Shown: positions 35,199 through 49,207 of the stretch, piece after piece
How positions within the stretch are numbered: the first letter of the stretch is position 1
How the letters are laid out: every line of letters begins with the position of its first letter
DNA from: Vezdaea acicularis
Taxonomy: Eukaryota
Assembly (NCBI GenBank): GCA_026025075.1
Contig: JAPEUI010000071.1
Span: 1-64,000, forward strand
Direction of reading: 5' to 3'
Length of the DNA stretch: 64,000 nucleotides
The notes under the pieces: model-generated
Databases searched by the model: none
Seen by the model: only the letters and a program-made list of their open reading frames with translations
What the model was told of the DNA's origin: nothing
Position numbers and translations under genes: made by a program

Positions 35199-37802
35199 TC
35201 AACAATAAATCCGGCCCAACAGAGCACTTACCACATTGAACGCATAGGTAGGGTTAGTGACGAGGAAGTATTCTATCAATCAATGTGAACCGCTGAGCAT
35301 CGCCAGTGGTATCGGCACATCATCGCCGCAGCTGTGACCAGGCAAGCTTGCCGGTTAAAACTATGCAGAGAACTTTGAGAGAACGGAAAAACTCAGCCAC
35401 TCTAGACCAATGGAGCCTTGCTTTCCTTAGAGCGTTGTTGGCAATTCCGCTATTCGTAATTAGGCCTTGAAATTGGTACGCTGGGGAACCTTATGGAGCT
35501 GTTCTTCCACGCGGAAGACAGACTATGAAACGGACTCTGTTAATCCATATATCTTGATCCGGCATTTGGACATCACGGCAACTGCCATGGTATCACGCAA
35601 GGAGATTATGACCGCGGCAACCCTATCATCGAGTCGAGATTTAATGAAGGAACCGTTGCCACCCCTTCATTCCATTCTCTAGCTCAATGTGAAGAGAGCT
35701 TGGAACGGATCCCTTGTGTACGGACAGCATCGGCGACCCCGTGAATAAGTACTGGCCAACGGATAAACTGGCTTAAGCGTCCTTACGCCCACCCCATATC
35801 ATAAGGCAGTGATAGGACGGCACAAGGCCGTCCGGGTCCAAGCTTTAACTCGTCGTTCCTTTGGCTGCTCAGTCGCGCGCTGTCTGGAGCTTTATCACAT
35901 GCTATGGCATATGCTCTCTAAGCTCCTATCGTCACACGAGCAAGCAACTATGGCTTCTCCCTAAGTGCCTGTTGCAGACGGAAAATATATGGCTCTGCGC
36001 ATACGCTCATGTAACGAACGCAATGATGGTGTAATGCAGTGAGCGTTGAGCAGTGGGAAATGTTGGGTCTGCTTAAGCTATGTCGACAGCTGGTTGGTGC
36101 CCGATTGGGATCTTATGGATCGTTAACGAATAAGGCGAGGTTGCGGAGTATAAGTTTGTTATATGGTGATCTGACATGGAAAGTTTATGAGGTTTATGAA
36201 ACAGCTTTCAAGGCTTGATAAATGACGAAAGCATTTATCCCTCCCTTCCTTCTACATGACATGTTGATAGAATTAATGAACTATGAATATCAAACATTCC
36301 CACACTCCTACCTCCACAGATCCTGACACACCAAGCATCTCCCCACAACCCATGAAACAGACTCTAAGCAACGAGTCTGCAACACAGCTCACCCTATAGA
36401 ATCAAGAAGCTTACGGAATCACACTCCGCACGACATCTCACACGCGGGACGAACCGGAAAGAGAAACCTGGACAGAACCGGGCATCAAGCCGTCGCTACG
36501 TACAAGGACGGTTTCGGCCAGCTCCCCGATCTGGCCGGCAGATCCCATTCGACATGGCACTGGCTCTCCCTCTCCACACTTGAAGTCTCCAAGTGGGATG
36601 ATGGAAGAGGGGGTCTCGCTCGAGAGACAAGCTTTTCACAAGCATGCTACTCAACCGCGCCATATCACTCTAGATGTCAACAAGGAGTCTTTCAATTCTT
36701 TCACTCAGGTATTTTGCGGGGGCCAGGGTTTGCTCATATTTGCCATGATGGGTACCATAGCGATGCCGCGGGCGCCTGCTCGGACAGGTCTGAGTAGATA
36801 CGATAGTTTTAGGAAAGGAGAGTCTATCTCCTTTCTGAGATATCTTGAAGCAGATAATAGAACAGGAGCTCTAACTTCTATCGCCCTGCCCAAGTTCTGA
36901 AGTGGCGTTTTTCTAGCCCGCATGCTCGCGCTTGTGGACAGAGGCACAATAGTACCTAGGAGACAGTCTGAACAGTGTAGCAGCGCTAATGCACCAAGGA
37001 TAAGCTTCCCAGAATAAGGTCGTCGTCACCTACTCCCCAAAGCTGTCTCCAGCCACAGCTAGGCGGTCAAGAAACAGCACAGTCGGTGGCCGCAGCTCTT
37101 TGCCCAGCACAGCCAACTGTTCCCGAAATAGCTCCGTGGCAAGCGATGGCCTGCAAAGTCTTGGCATCCGCTGCTATAGCCTCATCACGTGCCCTATAGT
37201 TTGGCTTGGCACAAAGAGTGAGACGGCTGCTGTGACAGTGCTGACTGCTGCGAAATTGGCTCTGAGAAGCCATTCTTCTAGAAGCTGACGACTTAGGTGT
37301 GGCTTGACACCGGTGCAGAGATGACCGTGTTTGTCCACTCGTTACGGGGATGCGCTGATTGCGTTGGGTTCTTCCTATTCATGAAACTCGGATTGCTCTG
37401 GTTCGGTGTGGGGCTGGGCTGACCCCCTCGGGTATTTTGGCGGGCGGAACACAGCCTCAGCTCGGCGTAAGCTCTGGGTCCGCAAGGGACATCTCGCTCG
37501 AACTGGGTTAGTGTTGGGCTGGGCGGCGCTGCGAATAGCCATGAGCGCGAGATATAAGGCTCAGCGACCGCCATCCCAGCTTTGAGACTCTTATCCCGTC
37601 GTCGTCCTTGTATATGTGTTGTTAAAGGTCCTGTCCATTGTTCGACGTTCACGAATTCACCTTCCGAGTGTTTTATTGCGCTTGGATATCACGGTCGTTG
37701 GAAACCTTGCTTACGCAGCCTCTCGCTTTTCTGGGCACTTGAAAACCCGCAAACTCTCACGACACCTTCTTCTCCAACAACACCTCTTCCAAACTCATCA
37801 CG

Positions 37803-38738
37803 ATGGGTAAAGCCGGCCGCATCGCTTGCATTGTCGTACCCTTTCTCCTCACTCTCGCCTCCCTCATCTGCATCCTGCTCGTCTTCTCTGGCGGGCTGAA
37901 CAAATCATCCTCTCTCCAATCGTCACTTTACTTCTTCAAAGCCGACACCAGCGGCTTCAAGACAAATACCGAGGCCATCCACACAGGCACCCCTGCCGAT
38001 TCATTTATCAACAACCTCGTCTCATCGAATGGCACCGAGTCGCTACGGGACGTGTACGAGATCTATCTCTGGAACTATTGCGAAGGTGACAAGGATGGGA
38101 ATAGCACCAAACTAGACAAGTGCTCAAAGGCAAAGAGCAGCTTCTGGTTCGACCCAACCGAAGTATGGGGATTGAACAGCTCTGGTCTTGCAAACGAGTT
38201 CCCGAAGGAACTGCAGAAAGGCCTGAACACCTACAAGAAGGTAGCTGGGTGGATGTTCATCGCATACATCATCGCCTTCGTGAGCACCGCCGTCGAGCTA
38301 ATTGTCTCCATCTTCGCCATCTGGTCCCGCTGGGGCTCCTTTGCAACTACAATCATTAGCTCGATCAGCGGGCTCTTCATCTTCGCCGCCGCCCTGACCA
38401 GCACCATCCTCTTCTCCGTTCTTGCCGGCTCCTTCGACTCCGTCCTCAAGACCTACAACATCAAAGCCAGCGTCGGCACCCAGATGCTCAGCGTCGTCTG
38501 GCTCGCCGTCGCCTTCTCCTTCGCCGCTGGCCTCTTCTGGCTGCTGAGCACTTGCTGCTGTAGCGGTCGGAGCGAGAAGATCCGCAGGGGAACCAAGGCA
38601 GAGAAAACTCCTTACACGTACGAGCAAGTCGCCGGACCGTACGGAAAGGGCGCGAAGAGGGGTAGCATGGCGAGCGACCAGTTGCCATTGCACCCCATAG
38701 GTGGAAGCTACGAGCCGTATAGGCACGAGCACGTCTGA
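37803..38738 (+). CDS. SUR7/PalI family tetraspan membrane protein
   Basis: N-terminal TM, extracellular YEIYLWNYCEG...C motif, FWFDPTEVWGL, three further TMs, Cys cluster CCCSG. Confidence 0.9.
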   Translation: MGKAGRIACIVVPFLLTLASLICILLVFSGGLNKSSSLQSSLYFFKADTSGFKTNTEAIHTGTPADSFINNLVSSNGTESLRDVYEIYLWNYCEGDKDGNSTKLDKCSKAKSSFWFDPTEVWGLNSSGLANEFPKELQKGLNTYKKVAGWMFIAYIIAFVSTAVELIVSIFAIWSRWGSFATTIISSISGLFIFAAALTSTILFSVLAGSFDSVLKTYNIKASVGTQMLSVVWLAVAFSFAAGLFWLLSTCCCSGRSEKIRRGTKAEKTPYTYEQVAGPYGKGAKRGSMASDQLPLHPIGGSYEPYRHEHV

Positions 38739-39269
38739 TCGTTGAGATTAGTTATCGGATGTCAGGGCGTTTCGGAGCGGTCTTCTTTCTTGTTATCAAA
38801 AATCTATTAGACGAGTCTCTTTACTACTTTTATATTGTTATGGGGCTTATGATACCTAAACATCTGCATGAGGCGCAGAATAGGGGAAGATATTCATAAA
38901 TATATCATCTACCTACCATTCCATCAAGTGCTGCTTCTATCCTATGTGAATGCAAGTGAGAATAGACGCATATGGCTCAGTCCAATAACAACCCCATACC
39001 TCCTCTAGTGAACCTCCCGAGTTCGCACCAGAGATCATCCATAACCCCAAACCATCACCCACCTCCTCCATCCTCACAACTCCCACCCACCCCTTTCATA
39101 CCCAGCCAAACAAGCCCCACCAGAAAACAGTAACACCAATCAAACCCAAGCCTTCATTCATTCAACCCTCATCACGAAGCAACAAGGAACCAAAAACCAA
39201 AACCTAAAACCCAAAAACAAATCTTCCTCACACAACACATCCACGCGTGTTGTAGGATGCAGAGGTGAT

Positions 39270-39371
39270 TGGTTTCGGCCGGGATCGAACCGGCGGCCTT
39301 TTCGGTACAAAGCTCGGATGATAGATATCATGAGTGTAAACGAAACGTGATAACCACTACACCACGAAACC
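39270..39371 (-). tRNA. tRNA-Val(TAC) with 29-nt intron
   Basis: Minus strand GGTTTCG/CGAAACC acceptor stem, A box TGGTGTAGTGG, anticodon arm TTTCG-TT-TAC-A[intron]C-CGAAA, B box GGTTCGATCCC. Confidence 0.93.
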
Positions 39372-39653
39372 ATGGCCATTTTGGCCGCTATTATGTTATC
39401 TAAAGCACGCTAATGGGAATTGCTGAAGATAGCTAAAGGGGGATTAAGATGTTGAGTTTGCGCGATGGTGGTTTGGGGGTACGATGGTGGATGAAGGGGG
39501 CGTTGCTTGGGTTGCGAATAGGCACCTTCAACTATAGTGTATTATGGTATACGACATACAAAGCCTTGCGACCATCCCATCCAATAACGTTAAAGCGCTC
39601 AGAAAAGGATAGTCCGACCAAAACACCAGCCCCTAAACCAGCAACGCTAGACA

Positions 39654-42600
39654 CTACAAATCCCAACCCAAAACATCAATCTTCTTCCTCTTCGGTCGCA
39701 GAAGCCCCGTCTGTTCGTCCACAGTGCCCATCTCGCCCTTAACGCTCTTCAGCCGAGAATACTGCTTCGCAAAGCGCTTGAACGGCGCGTCTTTATCCTG
39801 CCACCACTCCACCGCGTTCGCGGGTGAGGGCGGAGGAGCCATCTCGGTCTTGCGGCTTGGCGCGTCTGGAGTCTGGTCGAGCCAGGACTGTACGTTCTGC
39901 GCGGAGGGCGAGTCGGAGTGGCTTCGAGAGCGGGCGGAAGCGCGCATAGTCGATGAGATGGGCGTTGCGTCGGGACGAGTTGCAAAGGGCGTTTCAGATG
40001 GCGTGGGAGGTTGCGAGGTCTCGCTCACGAAGAGAGGGGTACCGTCCTTTTGCTTCTCGGTTGTGGTGGGGGGCGTAAGTTCTGATCCAGCTAAACTTGC
40101 CCAGTGCAGAATACGAGATCTCGGGGGGTGGAGGTCGTTTACCGATCCATCTAAACTTGCCCAGTACAGAGTGCGAGATCTCTTGGGGGGGACCTCGTTC
40201 ACCGTACCAGCGGAGATCGGAGCCCTCTCATCTTGCGTAGCAGTGTCAGCAAGACGTCTCTTTGAAGATGATCTGGGTTGCTCTGATGCTCTATTTCGAT
40301 CTTTTGTTGACAGCTCCTTCACACCTGAGCCATGAAGACTATTAGGCTGCGCCGCATTTCCGGCGTGCGATGTCGAGCGTAACACCTCTTTTGCGGTAGC
40401 AGCTGTGAGTCCGCTACTTTGGGACCGTTCCTGTCTAAGCTGAGGGGAGGAGGAACTCAGACTTCTTCCATAAGATTTGTCGGAGATGCTATCTTTTCTG
40501 CTGAGATGTGTATCCTCCTCCTTATGGTTGAGAGGCTTCGATGGCATGGATACACCGCGTTTGGATGCTCTTCCGAGATTATCTGACATAGCCTCAGCAG
40601 GTCGCTTTAAAGTAGTGGGTGGCAAAAGACGTGGGTTAGACGGCTTGGGTTTTTCCTGATATGATGGTGAAACTGATTTGAGACTTTTATCGCTTTTCAT
40701 CTTGGTGATCTCGACGGAGTAGTTCTGTGGGGCCAGGCCATGCTGGGGGGAAATGCTATGAGTGTTTTCTCGCGAGGCTACTCCACTATGGACCTGCTGT
40801 TTCGGCATGCCATCGTCTTTGTCAATCTTCGTGTCTTGACGTTTTCCATCTAGCTGACGGCCCCTAATGTTGGAAACAAACGCATCAGGAGCTGTGGAGG
40901 AAGTTGGAGGCGCCCCTTTCTCTCCTAGAACATGAGGAATTGTAACTTCAAGAGATAGTTCGTCTATGTCATCGTCTGACGTTACCTCTTTTGAGACTTC
41001 ATACGATGCTCTCTTGGGAGATCTCTTAATTGGAGATAGAATTTTGATCGGCTTGGTCTTGAATTGTGAATATACCTCTGAGACTGGTGTCTCTGGCAAG
41101 TCTTGCTCGTTAGATGACGAGGTTTGGGTAGAAATATCTAAAGTAAGTTTCTCTGAACACTTTAGGGCTGTGTGCTCATGAGAAACTTGTGAGTTCCTAT
41201 CATGATTGTATTGGTCTTGTGGAAGTGCTTCCCCCTGCTCAGTTTCACGATAGCTATGGCCCTTCTCTAGAATCAGGGTATTGTTCGCGGGAGCCTCTAT
41301 ATTGGCCGTCGGAGATGCTCTATCAACTCGGGGGATAGGAGATACCGCCGACATGTCCCGCTCAATCGCGGTCGGTGATCTGCGGGCCATCATCATTGCG
41401 ATTTTCTGAATTCGATGTTCTGGCGTTCCCGGAACATTAGCAAGGTCTGAGCCACACTCGACCACTACTGGCTTGACCGTGTCGGCGTCTGGAGAAAAAC
41501 CTACTCCAGATTCATTTCGAACACGAGTAGGCACGGTCTCATCATCCGAGTCTGGAGGAGGTTGGTGCCCCCAGCGCTCCGGACTTGGTGATTCTTCCCA
41601 AGATATCTCACTGCCTTCCTGTTCTAAATTCGCAGCTTCCGACTCAGAAGTAACAATACTTCGCGCTGTTCCGACATCCTCGTCCAGAAAAGGCATTGAG
41701 TTCTGCTCTTCATCTGAATTGGGATTTTCTCCGGTTGATCTTCTAATTGAATGTACGTCATAAATATTTGGGAGAAGATCAGCCTTGGCATTAAGATGAT
41801 CGAAAAGATCTTGAGGAATGTTCGCCGAGGGTCCTCGGGTGCCTAATTCCGCAGGAATCCAGCAGCTTTTCTTTCGGAGCAGTTTCTCCTGATCTTTTGG
41901 TATTCTAACGTCTCGGAGACTGATTTTCGTCATGTTTTTCCATGGATCATCCTCATCATCGTACCAGAGCCAAGGGTCTCTTTGAACCCCTGAGACACCG
42001 ACGGTTGATAAATCAGTGACAGACTTCTCATTGCTAGCCCTCAAACCGACCTCCTCTTCTTGCCTATTTCGTTGGCTGGTTTTTGGCTGAGTTGAAGAGT
42101 CTACCTTGTGGGACGCGGCACCTGATCCTTTTGCGAAGGAGGTTATAGTCTCCTTGGATAAGTGAGCCATATTATTGCTCATAGGGCTAGATTTAATATC
42201 AGGAGCGTTATGAGCATGCGAAACATGCTTGTAACTTTCCAACCCCTCTCGTTCATCTCTGCGAGCTTGCATAGTGCCTAAATCTGTGGATGGACGCGGA
42301 CGGTCGGTTTCCGTCCCAGCCAATTTCGTCAAATCAGGCCCGATTGGCATGGTCTGAGCTTGTCGTTCAGTACTCGTTCTTGCTTGTTCTATGGATTTAT
42401 GCCTCTCATGTTGAGCACCTTGATGACTCTGAAGAAGCTTAAGCAACTGTGCGTTCGATGGAACTGCTCTTGCGGGGGTAAACTCTCGTGGTTTGTTCAT
42501 ATGATGCTTTGATTCTAAAGGATCTTTTCGCTGTCGTTCGGAGCAATTGGAGGACGATTGTCGATTGTACCTAGACAATTGCTTCGAGAGCGCAGCATTC

Positions 42601-43345
42601 TGCGGAACTTGAGTGGCAAACTCTTGTTGTGAGTTCGAAGCCCACTCCCCACTTTGTGTTTCAGTCTCCGGGGAGCTTTTACGTCCGATCTGGGATTGTG
42701 GCGAGTCGGTACTCTGAGCTGAAGTTGTCAATCGACGCTCTTCATGTTGTGCCTCCCTAAGCCCAGCTAGCTGCCCGAAGATCTCCCTGATAGATGGTCT
42801 ATATTTGAGGGGAGATGCCCTGCCCATGATCTCTTGTCCCTCCCCACCGATCCAGGAGCAACTGGAGATCAATAAATGGAGTTTAGGATCTCTATCCTTT
42901 ATAGAGGCTACTACGTCGAAGTTCTTGAGATGTAGAAGACCGCCTTTGGCATTATCGGTCATGTTATATCCTGGCTTATCAAAACCTCGTTGTGTTTTAA
43001 CCATATCCGCCGCACTTTTGCTAAATTCTACCTCAGTATTAGTATGGCCGTCCGATACAAGTGCCTTGATTGGGTCATCGAAGGTGTGGAACTAAACGTT
43101 GGTGGTGAGCCTTTGCAATCTTGGCACCCTTCTAATTGACATTTCGAGGGCTCTAAGCATACCTGAACAATCTGTACAGTCCTACCAGTTGAGCCGCCCG
43201 ATATGAGAGTTCTTCCATCGTCTGAGAAATTGCCTTCCCTTACAGGCAGAGGAAGAGCGGCGGCAATGCAGTATCTTTTCCAGTCAATACCCCTCCTAAG
43301 CAATACCTCAACCGCAGGTGCAACCCAATCTAACAGTTCTTTCAT
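39654..43345 (-). CDS. TPP1: Shelterin subunit TPP1/Est3 (Tpz1-like): N-terminal OB fold plus long disordered region
   Basis: Exons 43345-43163 and 43091-39654 in frame; L.DWV...VQIVQ|F...LVSDGHT....FSKSA OB pattern; later CWIPAE and C-terminal FKRFAKQYSRLKSV segments. Confidence 0.7.
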
Positions 43346-43905
43346 GTTGTTTTTTCTGCTTTCCGCTCAATGAGGATAAGTTGTGCGAAGACATAGGACC
43401 GAGTCGGTCCTCAAGTCGGGACGAGACCCGGCGGATCTGAGACTAAATACGTTTGGCAGGTCCTGCTGCGTGGTTGGCAAACAATAGTGGCCAGCATCTG
43501 CATAACTCAATATTCAGTCACCTTGGTTACTGTTGTAAATCATGTACGTAAAAGGCTCTTGAGACCCCTCAGTCGCGTTGGTTCACGGGAGACGCGACCC
43601 AAGGAAATCTTTAGCGCGAACCGGGGCCAGATCCGCGGAAACGGGTGCTCAGCGACCCTTTCTTAGCTACATCTGACTAATTCTAGGAGAAAGAGCGTTT
43701 AATTGGACAAAGATGTCTAAACTCTTCCACACTTTAGGCATAACATAGAACATGCATGACATAAAGCTGGCTTGCATGTATTAAAGCATCATAAATCTCG
43801 TTGAAATTCACGCATTGCGGAGTGGTTGTCGTTTTCAAGATGAGTTCCCGCACGAGTTACTTTTATCTATTGTCTAGATACGATGCGTCTCAATGCCTAA
43901 ATCAG

Positions 43906-46900
43906 TCAGCCATACTCTTTGCCCTCGCGTTTGCTTATTGCGCCTCTAGGAAGACCCTCATTGTTGTCGGTCAAGCCCTTAAGCACCGGAACTCTTAGAT
44001 ACTCTAGCCCAACCCCCGCTACAATTACTGTAACATGACTAAAAGATCTCTCTATGACTTCCAAGCATGTAACGTCTGCAACAGATGTATATGTGTTGCC
44101 TATCTCATCGACGTGGAAGATAGTCCTTCCAGACTTTTCGAGCACTTTTGGAACTTCAATCCTCCAAATTCTGACCAACTGGTCTGGCCCGCTCGTAAGG
44201 AAAACAAGATTGTCTTTACCCGCATCGAATACATCCAGCCTTGACTTGGGGTCTGTAAGCTCAACAATTGCAGTGATTGCTGCCGCATGGGCGCTCCGAG
44301 CAGGGAAGATTACATAATCTTCCGGCGTTGTTTGCCCATGGCGGTTATCAAGCTGGACCACGGTAAAGACCAGAGCATTATCATCTCCACCAGTGACCAA
44401 CAGGAATCGGTGTGGGCTTGAGAGATGGGTTTGTAAGAGAGCCTTCACTGCATTTTGGTGAAGCTTTGTTGATGAAAGTAATCTCTGGGGCAACATTAAC
44501 CTCTCGGTTGTCCATTTCCAGTCGTATATATCGACAAAGCCAGATGTGGAAGAAGTTGTAAGATAACCCCTGTGGCCATAGCCGAAGAAAGCGGCCCTTG
44601 TCAGACATGCATGTGTAGGCTTGACAGTGAAGAGGTAGGTCATTCTGTCTGTTTTGGGGTCGAATATGAAGGCCTAGGTTTATTTCAGTAAGAGGTCTTT
44701 AACAATAGAGCGTAATGACGCACGCGGATTGAGCCGTCAGAATAAGACAGGATTGTGCAATACTTGCGTTTTCGCTCTTCTTTAATGCCCGCTGCCTCGT
44801 TTTCAGCATTGATCTCGACAGTGATGATCGATGTAATTCTCAGTGCTTCTAGAGAGCTATCCTTTGGCGTTGAAGTTACCTGGACTGCACCATAACCAAA
44901 TCTTTCAATCTTGCGAACCCTCCAGACAAAACATTCGTTCCTTCCCCCAGAGCTTAGCAAATATTGATCATGAGAGGTCCATTTGAGGTCCTGAATACCA
45001 GTAGTGTGTGCTTTCAATACTCCAGCACACTTGTCATTACTATTGATGAGTGCACTTGGGATGTCCCTATTGTAGGTTTTCGTACTCCGCACAAAAAGAC
45101 GAATGCGGCAATCCTCTGCGCCCGTTGCATAGAGTACCGGAGAATCGGCAACGTCTATAGAAACGGCTGCTACTGCCTTGATGTCCCGTCCATGACATCC
45201 GGCTTGTAAGACTATAGGCTCTCTATCTATGGTGTGCTCATAGGTGAGAGTCAGACCAGCCCTAGTGAACGTGAATGATCCCGCACGCATACTATGAGGT
45301 GGGCTATACATCCAGCTGCGATTGCTGTTGCCGCAATTAACGCGAAACAATTCTAGCAGTTGCGACTCGCTATAGACCACAAAATCAGTACCAGAGAAGC
45401 CGAAGGTAACCAATTCGTCGGTTCCATCCCTGAAATAAGCCCCCTCCAACGAGTCTGGACCTTGGGAAGAGAAGGACTTGTGGAGGAGGCTGCTAGTGGA
45501 TGCTCCTACATCGAACAGGCTATTGGTCTCTATAGCTTGCGTAAAGTGCGTTATTGCGTAAGAGCCGTCCCGCGAAGTTGTCAGTATATCAATTTGCTCA
45601 ACTTGACCCGCGTTCTCATGTTGAAGTAACTGTATGGAGGTAATGGTATCGTCATGTATGGAATTAATTGCATGATACTTCTCTATAATTGGGGGAGAAT
45701 CAATGCCATAGGTAGAATCAGCCTGTATTGTATAAAGGGTACAGGAGCCTGAGCGGCTTCCTAGAATGATAACGCCATGTTGCTCGCTGAATGAAAATGC
45801 TGTAACTACAAAGTGTTGGGGTAGCTGAACTCTAATTGGAACAAGAGTAAGAAGACGGAATTTGCTGGCTTGACCAGTTGCGACACGGTAGATTTCGGAA
45901 ATTGAAGAGTCGATGAAGAGTACTGCAATCAAGAAGTACCCTTGATCTTCGCTGCGAATACTTGAGTCCGGCATAGCCGTTTCAGGGGCCGCAGGAACAT
46001 AATAGAGGAACATATCTGCGAGTTTGCCATTGACCCTCAGCAGACGCTCCAAGTCTTGAGTGCTAGCATCAAAGCCGTAGACTACACCGTCAGAAGTAGC
46101 GAGGAAGGCTACGTTTTCCTCGGAATTAGACTTCACTAGCTGGTATGAGGGGACGACGATGTCGTGGGGGGAGTCTATCGTAGAAGCGTGCTCAAGTACT
46201 TCGGTCAAGTTCAGCCCATTGGTCTTAATCGGGTCTAAAACTTGTTGGGACGTCTTCGCAACAGAGTCGCCCTCGATACTCATGTTCCCTGCTGACTTAG
46301 ACAATTGAGCTGATAGGATATTTGATATCTTTGCGACTATCATACGTCCCCCACAAGTGATCATGAGTAAAAAGCCATCTCTTAAGGGGGCATAATGTTG
46401 AAAACCATCTTTAACATGTCTTTTGGCACTTTGAACTAGTTTGTTAGACTGAGTCTTTCTTGGAGCTATCCTTTGTGGAGGAATGGGTGAATTAGTTGAC
46501 CTTAATACAGATCGGTCGTGTTCCGTAAGACTTGTCAACTGGACCCGGACATGTTTATTACGGGCTTTTGAAGAATAAGCGGTAATGAAAGAGATAACCC
46601 TGCCGTCAGCGCCTCCTGTTGCAATCAATGATCGTCCATCAGCTTGTGAGCATATCGCAACAGACCATATACTCTTTCCGGAATGAAAGGAGTAGGTATT
46701 GTTGCAGTGAAGCTTCATCTCGATTTGAGGTTGCGATTGCAATACAATTGAGTCTATATCGCAAAACAGGCTCCACGAGCGTGATGTAGCGTCTTCACCA
46801 TAGGAGAGAATTTCCAAACCTAAGGTTTCTTCTTCAGGGGACATAGTAAATGGTAGGAAACAAACGCCCCATACCCGTGAAATGTGGGCCCAGCCAATTG

Positions 46901-47861
46901 CGACGCATGCTGTAGGGCGCTCCAGTACTCTCCCTAGTTCAGATACTGCCCTCGTCTCTCTAAATCCTGTATCTTGTTGCACGTCTTTAGAAGCAGAGTT
47001 GGTATTGATGGCTGCCTGGTTGCTTGAAGGTGCTGTCGACACAAGCCAGATACGAATTGTGCGATCATCGCTGCAGCTTGCAAGAAACCGAAGAGGAGAG
47101 CCCTTGTAGTAGATCTCTGGAGACAGTTGCACACCAAAAACAGAACCCTCGTGACCAGAGAGCAATTGATGAAGGGAAGAACGAGATTTTTCTTGGAAAA
47201 CGGGCTTAGGGTCGTTGTCCATGTGACAAGACCATATCGTAATATCGCCGAATACGGTGCCTGCCGCAATAAGTGCCGTTGAAGCAGATTGCCAGAGAAC
47301 GTGAGCAGAGTATAGTATTGATTGGGGACCGGAACACAGCAAATGGAGTCTGGCATCTATATGCCCCAAAAATGAGAAGGGAGTTCTCACCTCCAGTAGA
47401 AGGAGAACGTTATGCGCCGTAACGAATACTGCTCTGTCACCACTCTCGCGGCTTGCTTGGGATGGGGCAAAGGCAGCGGCGAGAATCCAATCCGGAGCAG
47501 TTATTTTGGCTTCAATTTTGAAGCCAACACATGATATGCATTCATTGGACTCGTTCCATGTAGAGCTAAGGTTGATCCTGACAACTTGGATCAGGCAGCC
47601 ACCCCAGACCAGCACGAGATGGGACCATTGCGTGGAAGATTGTTGGTTTGAATCTTGAACGATGATTCCATGAATGGCTTGAGAACGAAACAACCGTTCC
47701 TTTGCCCGCACTACTTTGCGATTATAGTCGATTATCTTCAGATGTGAGCCCTCTCCGCTGAGTAGAAAGGTATTGCCCTGATGTGTGATGAAGGCCAGTG
47801 CAGTGACAGGAACGCATTGATTTTCTTGTCGGAGGCATTCAATATTTCCCTCTCCCACCAT
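43906..47861 (-). CDS. TRM734: WD40 protein WDR6/Trm734 (Rtt10), tRNA 2'-O-methyltransferase cofactor
   Basis: PVTALAF, SILYSAH, AAGTVFG, GHEGSVFGV, SCSDDRTIRIW, HISRVW, CGNSNRSW, GCHGRDIK, TGAEDC, TGGDDNAL; intron 44723-44674. Confidence 0.88.
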
Positions 47862-49207
47862 AATCTCGATATACTTAAAAGCACCTTGATAAGAAGTTGA
47901 GGCGATTTATGAATAATACATCCTCAACCTAGGTATGTCGTAAGGTGGACACCAAAATTGCAAGGTTCCCAGCGTTATTAAGGGTGAAGCGACTACTCGC
48001 GATCACCCGTAGTTGTACCCAATCTTGTGCTCCTGTCGCTTCGATAATTGTCATCGGTAGCCATAAAATCCTACAGAAAAGACCCTGTCGACGTGTGGTG
48101 AGGGTTATGCCCCATCCAACAGTCTCTTAGAGATAACTACTTCCTCTAGCTTAAAGGAATCTTCTTTGCTTTAAGTTCTCCTTATTTGCCATTATAAAGC
48201 GCAATTAACATGGCCAAGTGGAGGAATCTAAGATAGCACCAATCCCTTCGTAACTAGGTCTAATTGATATGTTTGATGACTCTGACTAGAAGTAGTCTAG
48301 CTCGACCCCGTCGGGGAGAAAGCCTCAGCTTTCTTCTTTTGCAAGTTAGCATTTTGGCGTACTTTTAATATCGATATCTGTTCGTTACATGTCCCCGGTT
48401 TCGGCTTTTCTTATGACCAAAAGTTGTCTATTTAAACATTTCTCCAGCATGATATTTTTCCAGGAGATTTCTTAGAATGACGTGACGACCTCTAATCTAC
48501 TAGGCACAGAGAAAATACAGTCGATTCCGTTGGGAAACGGGCATCCATCCGAAACTCATCAGACCCAGGGATTTCTATAATTGTTCCTATCAAGAAACGT
48601 TTACCAAGCCAAAATGCAGTGCAATATAACTGGTAAGAGTTTGGCGATTCTCAAACAACCCGGGACATCACGGGAATAGCTCTCACTTCATGAGGGTTGA
48701 GGATCATAGTGTCCGACACTCCAGTAAGCATTCTGGTGACTCCTAGACCACCTCGTGGCCTAAACAGAGTGCACGGTAGCTACTAATGCGTTGATTGATC
48801 TGAACGTCCCTTGCTCGTCGTAAGAGCAAATAGGCTGAGATACTTGATGGGGAAGATGACTGTATGACCGAGGTAGGTGCAGAGAAGGAAAGACAACTTC
48901 GGCGGTCGAGGTCGGCGCTCAGGGCAGCTTCGGATAAAAGGTTACTTGGCTGTCAGGCTGAATTCAAATCCAAGACTGCTGACGCTGACGAGGATTACTT
49001 CCCAGAGTCCAATGTGCTCCGAGGGGAGAGAGAACAGGCCGATGGATGTCGAAGAGTCGTAACAGTCAGTGAAGTTGAATCACTGAAAGAGCAATTGCCT
49101 ATTTATAATTCTCTAATGCAAGTCTCATTGATGCTTCTATATTACAAGGCTATGTAGTCCCGCCCTACAAGCAATGGTGATAATACAATGAAGAAATTCT
49201 CTTCCAT

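Noticed and set aside
35200..37800. Possible transposon or ncRNA in the long intergenic region
   Set aside because: No terminal repeats, transposase fragments or RNA boxes found by eye.
43397..43411. Perfect short palindrome GGACCGA-G-TCGGTCC upstream of TPP1 (similar TCACCCT..AGGGTGA at 32051)
   Set aside because: 7-bp arms are expected by chance in 64 kb.
48864..49157. 97-aa plus-strand ORF convergent with RPN2
   Set aside because: No motif or convincing upstream exons; overlaps the probable RPN2 3' UTR.
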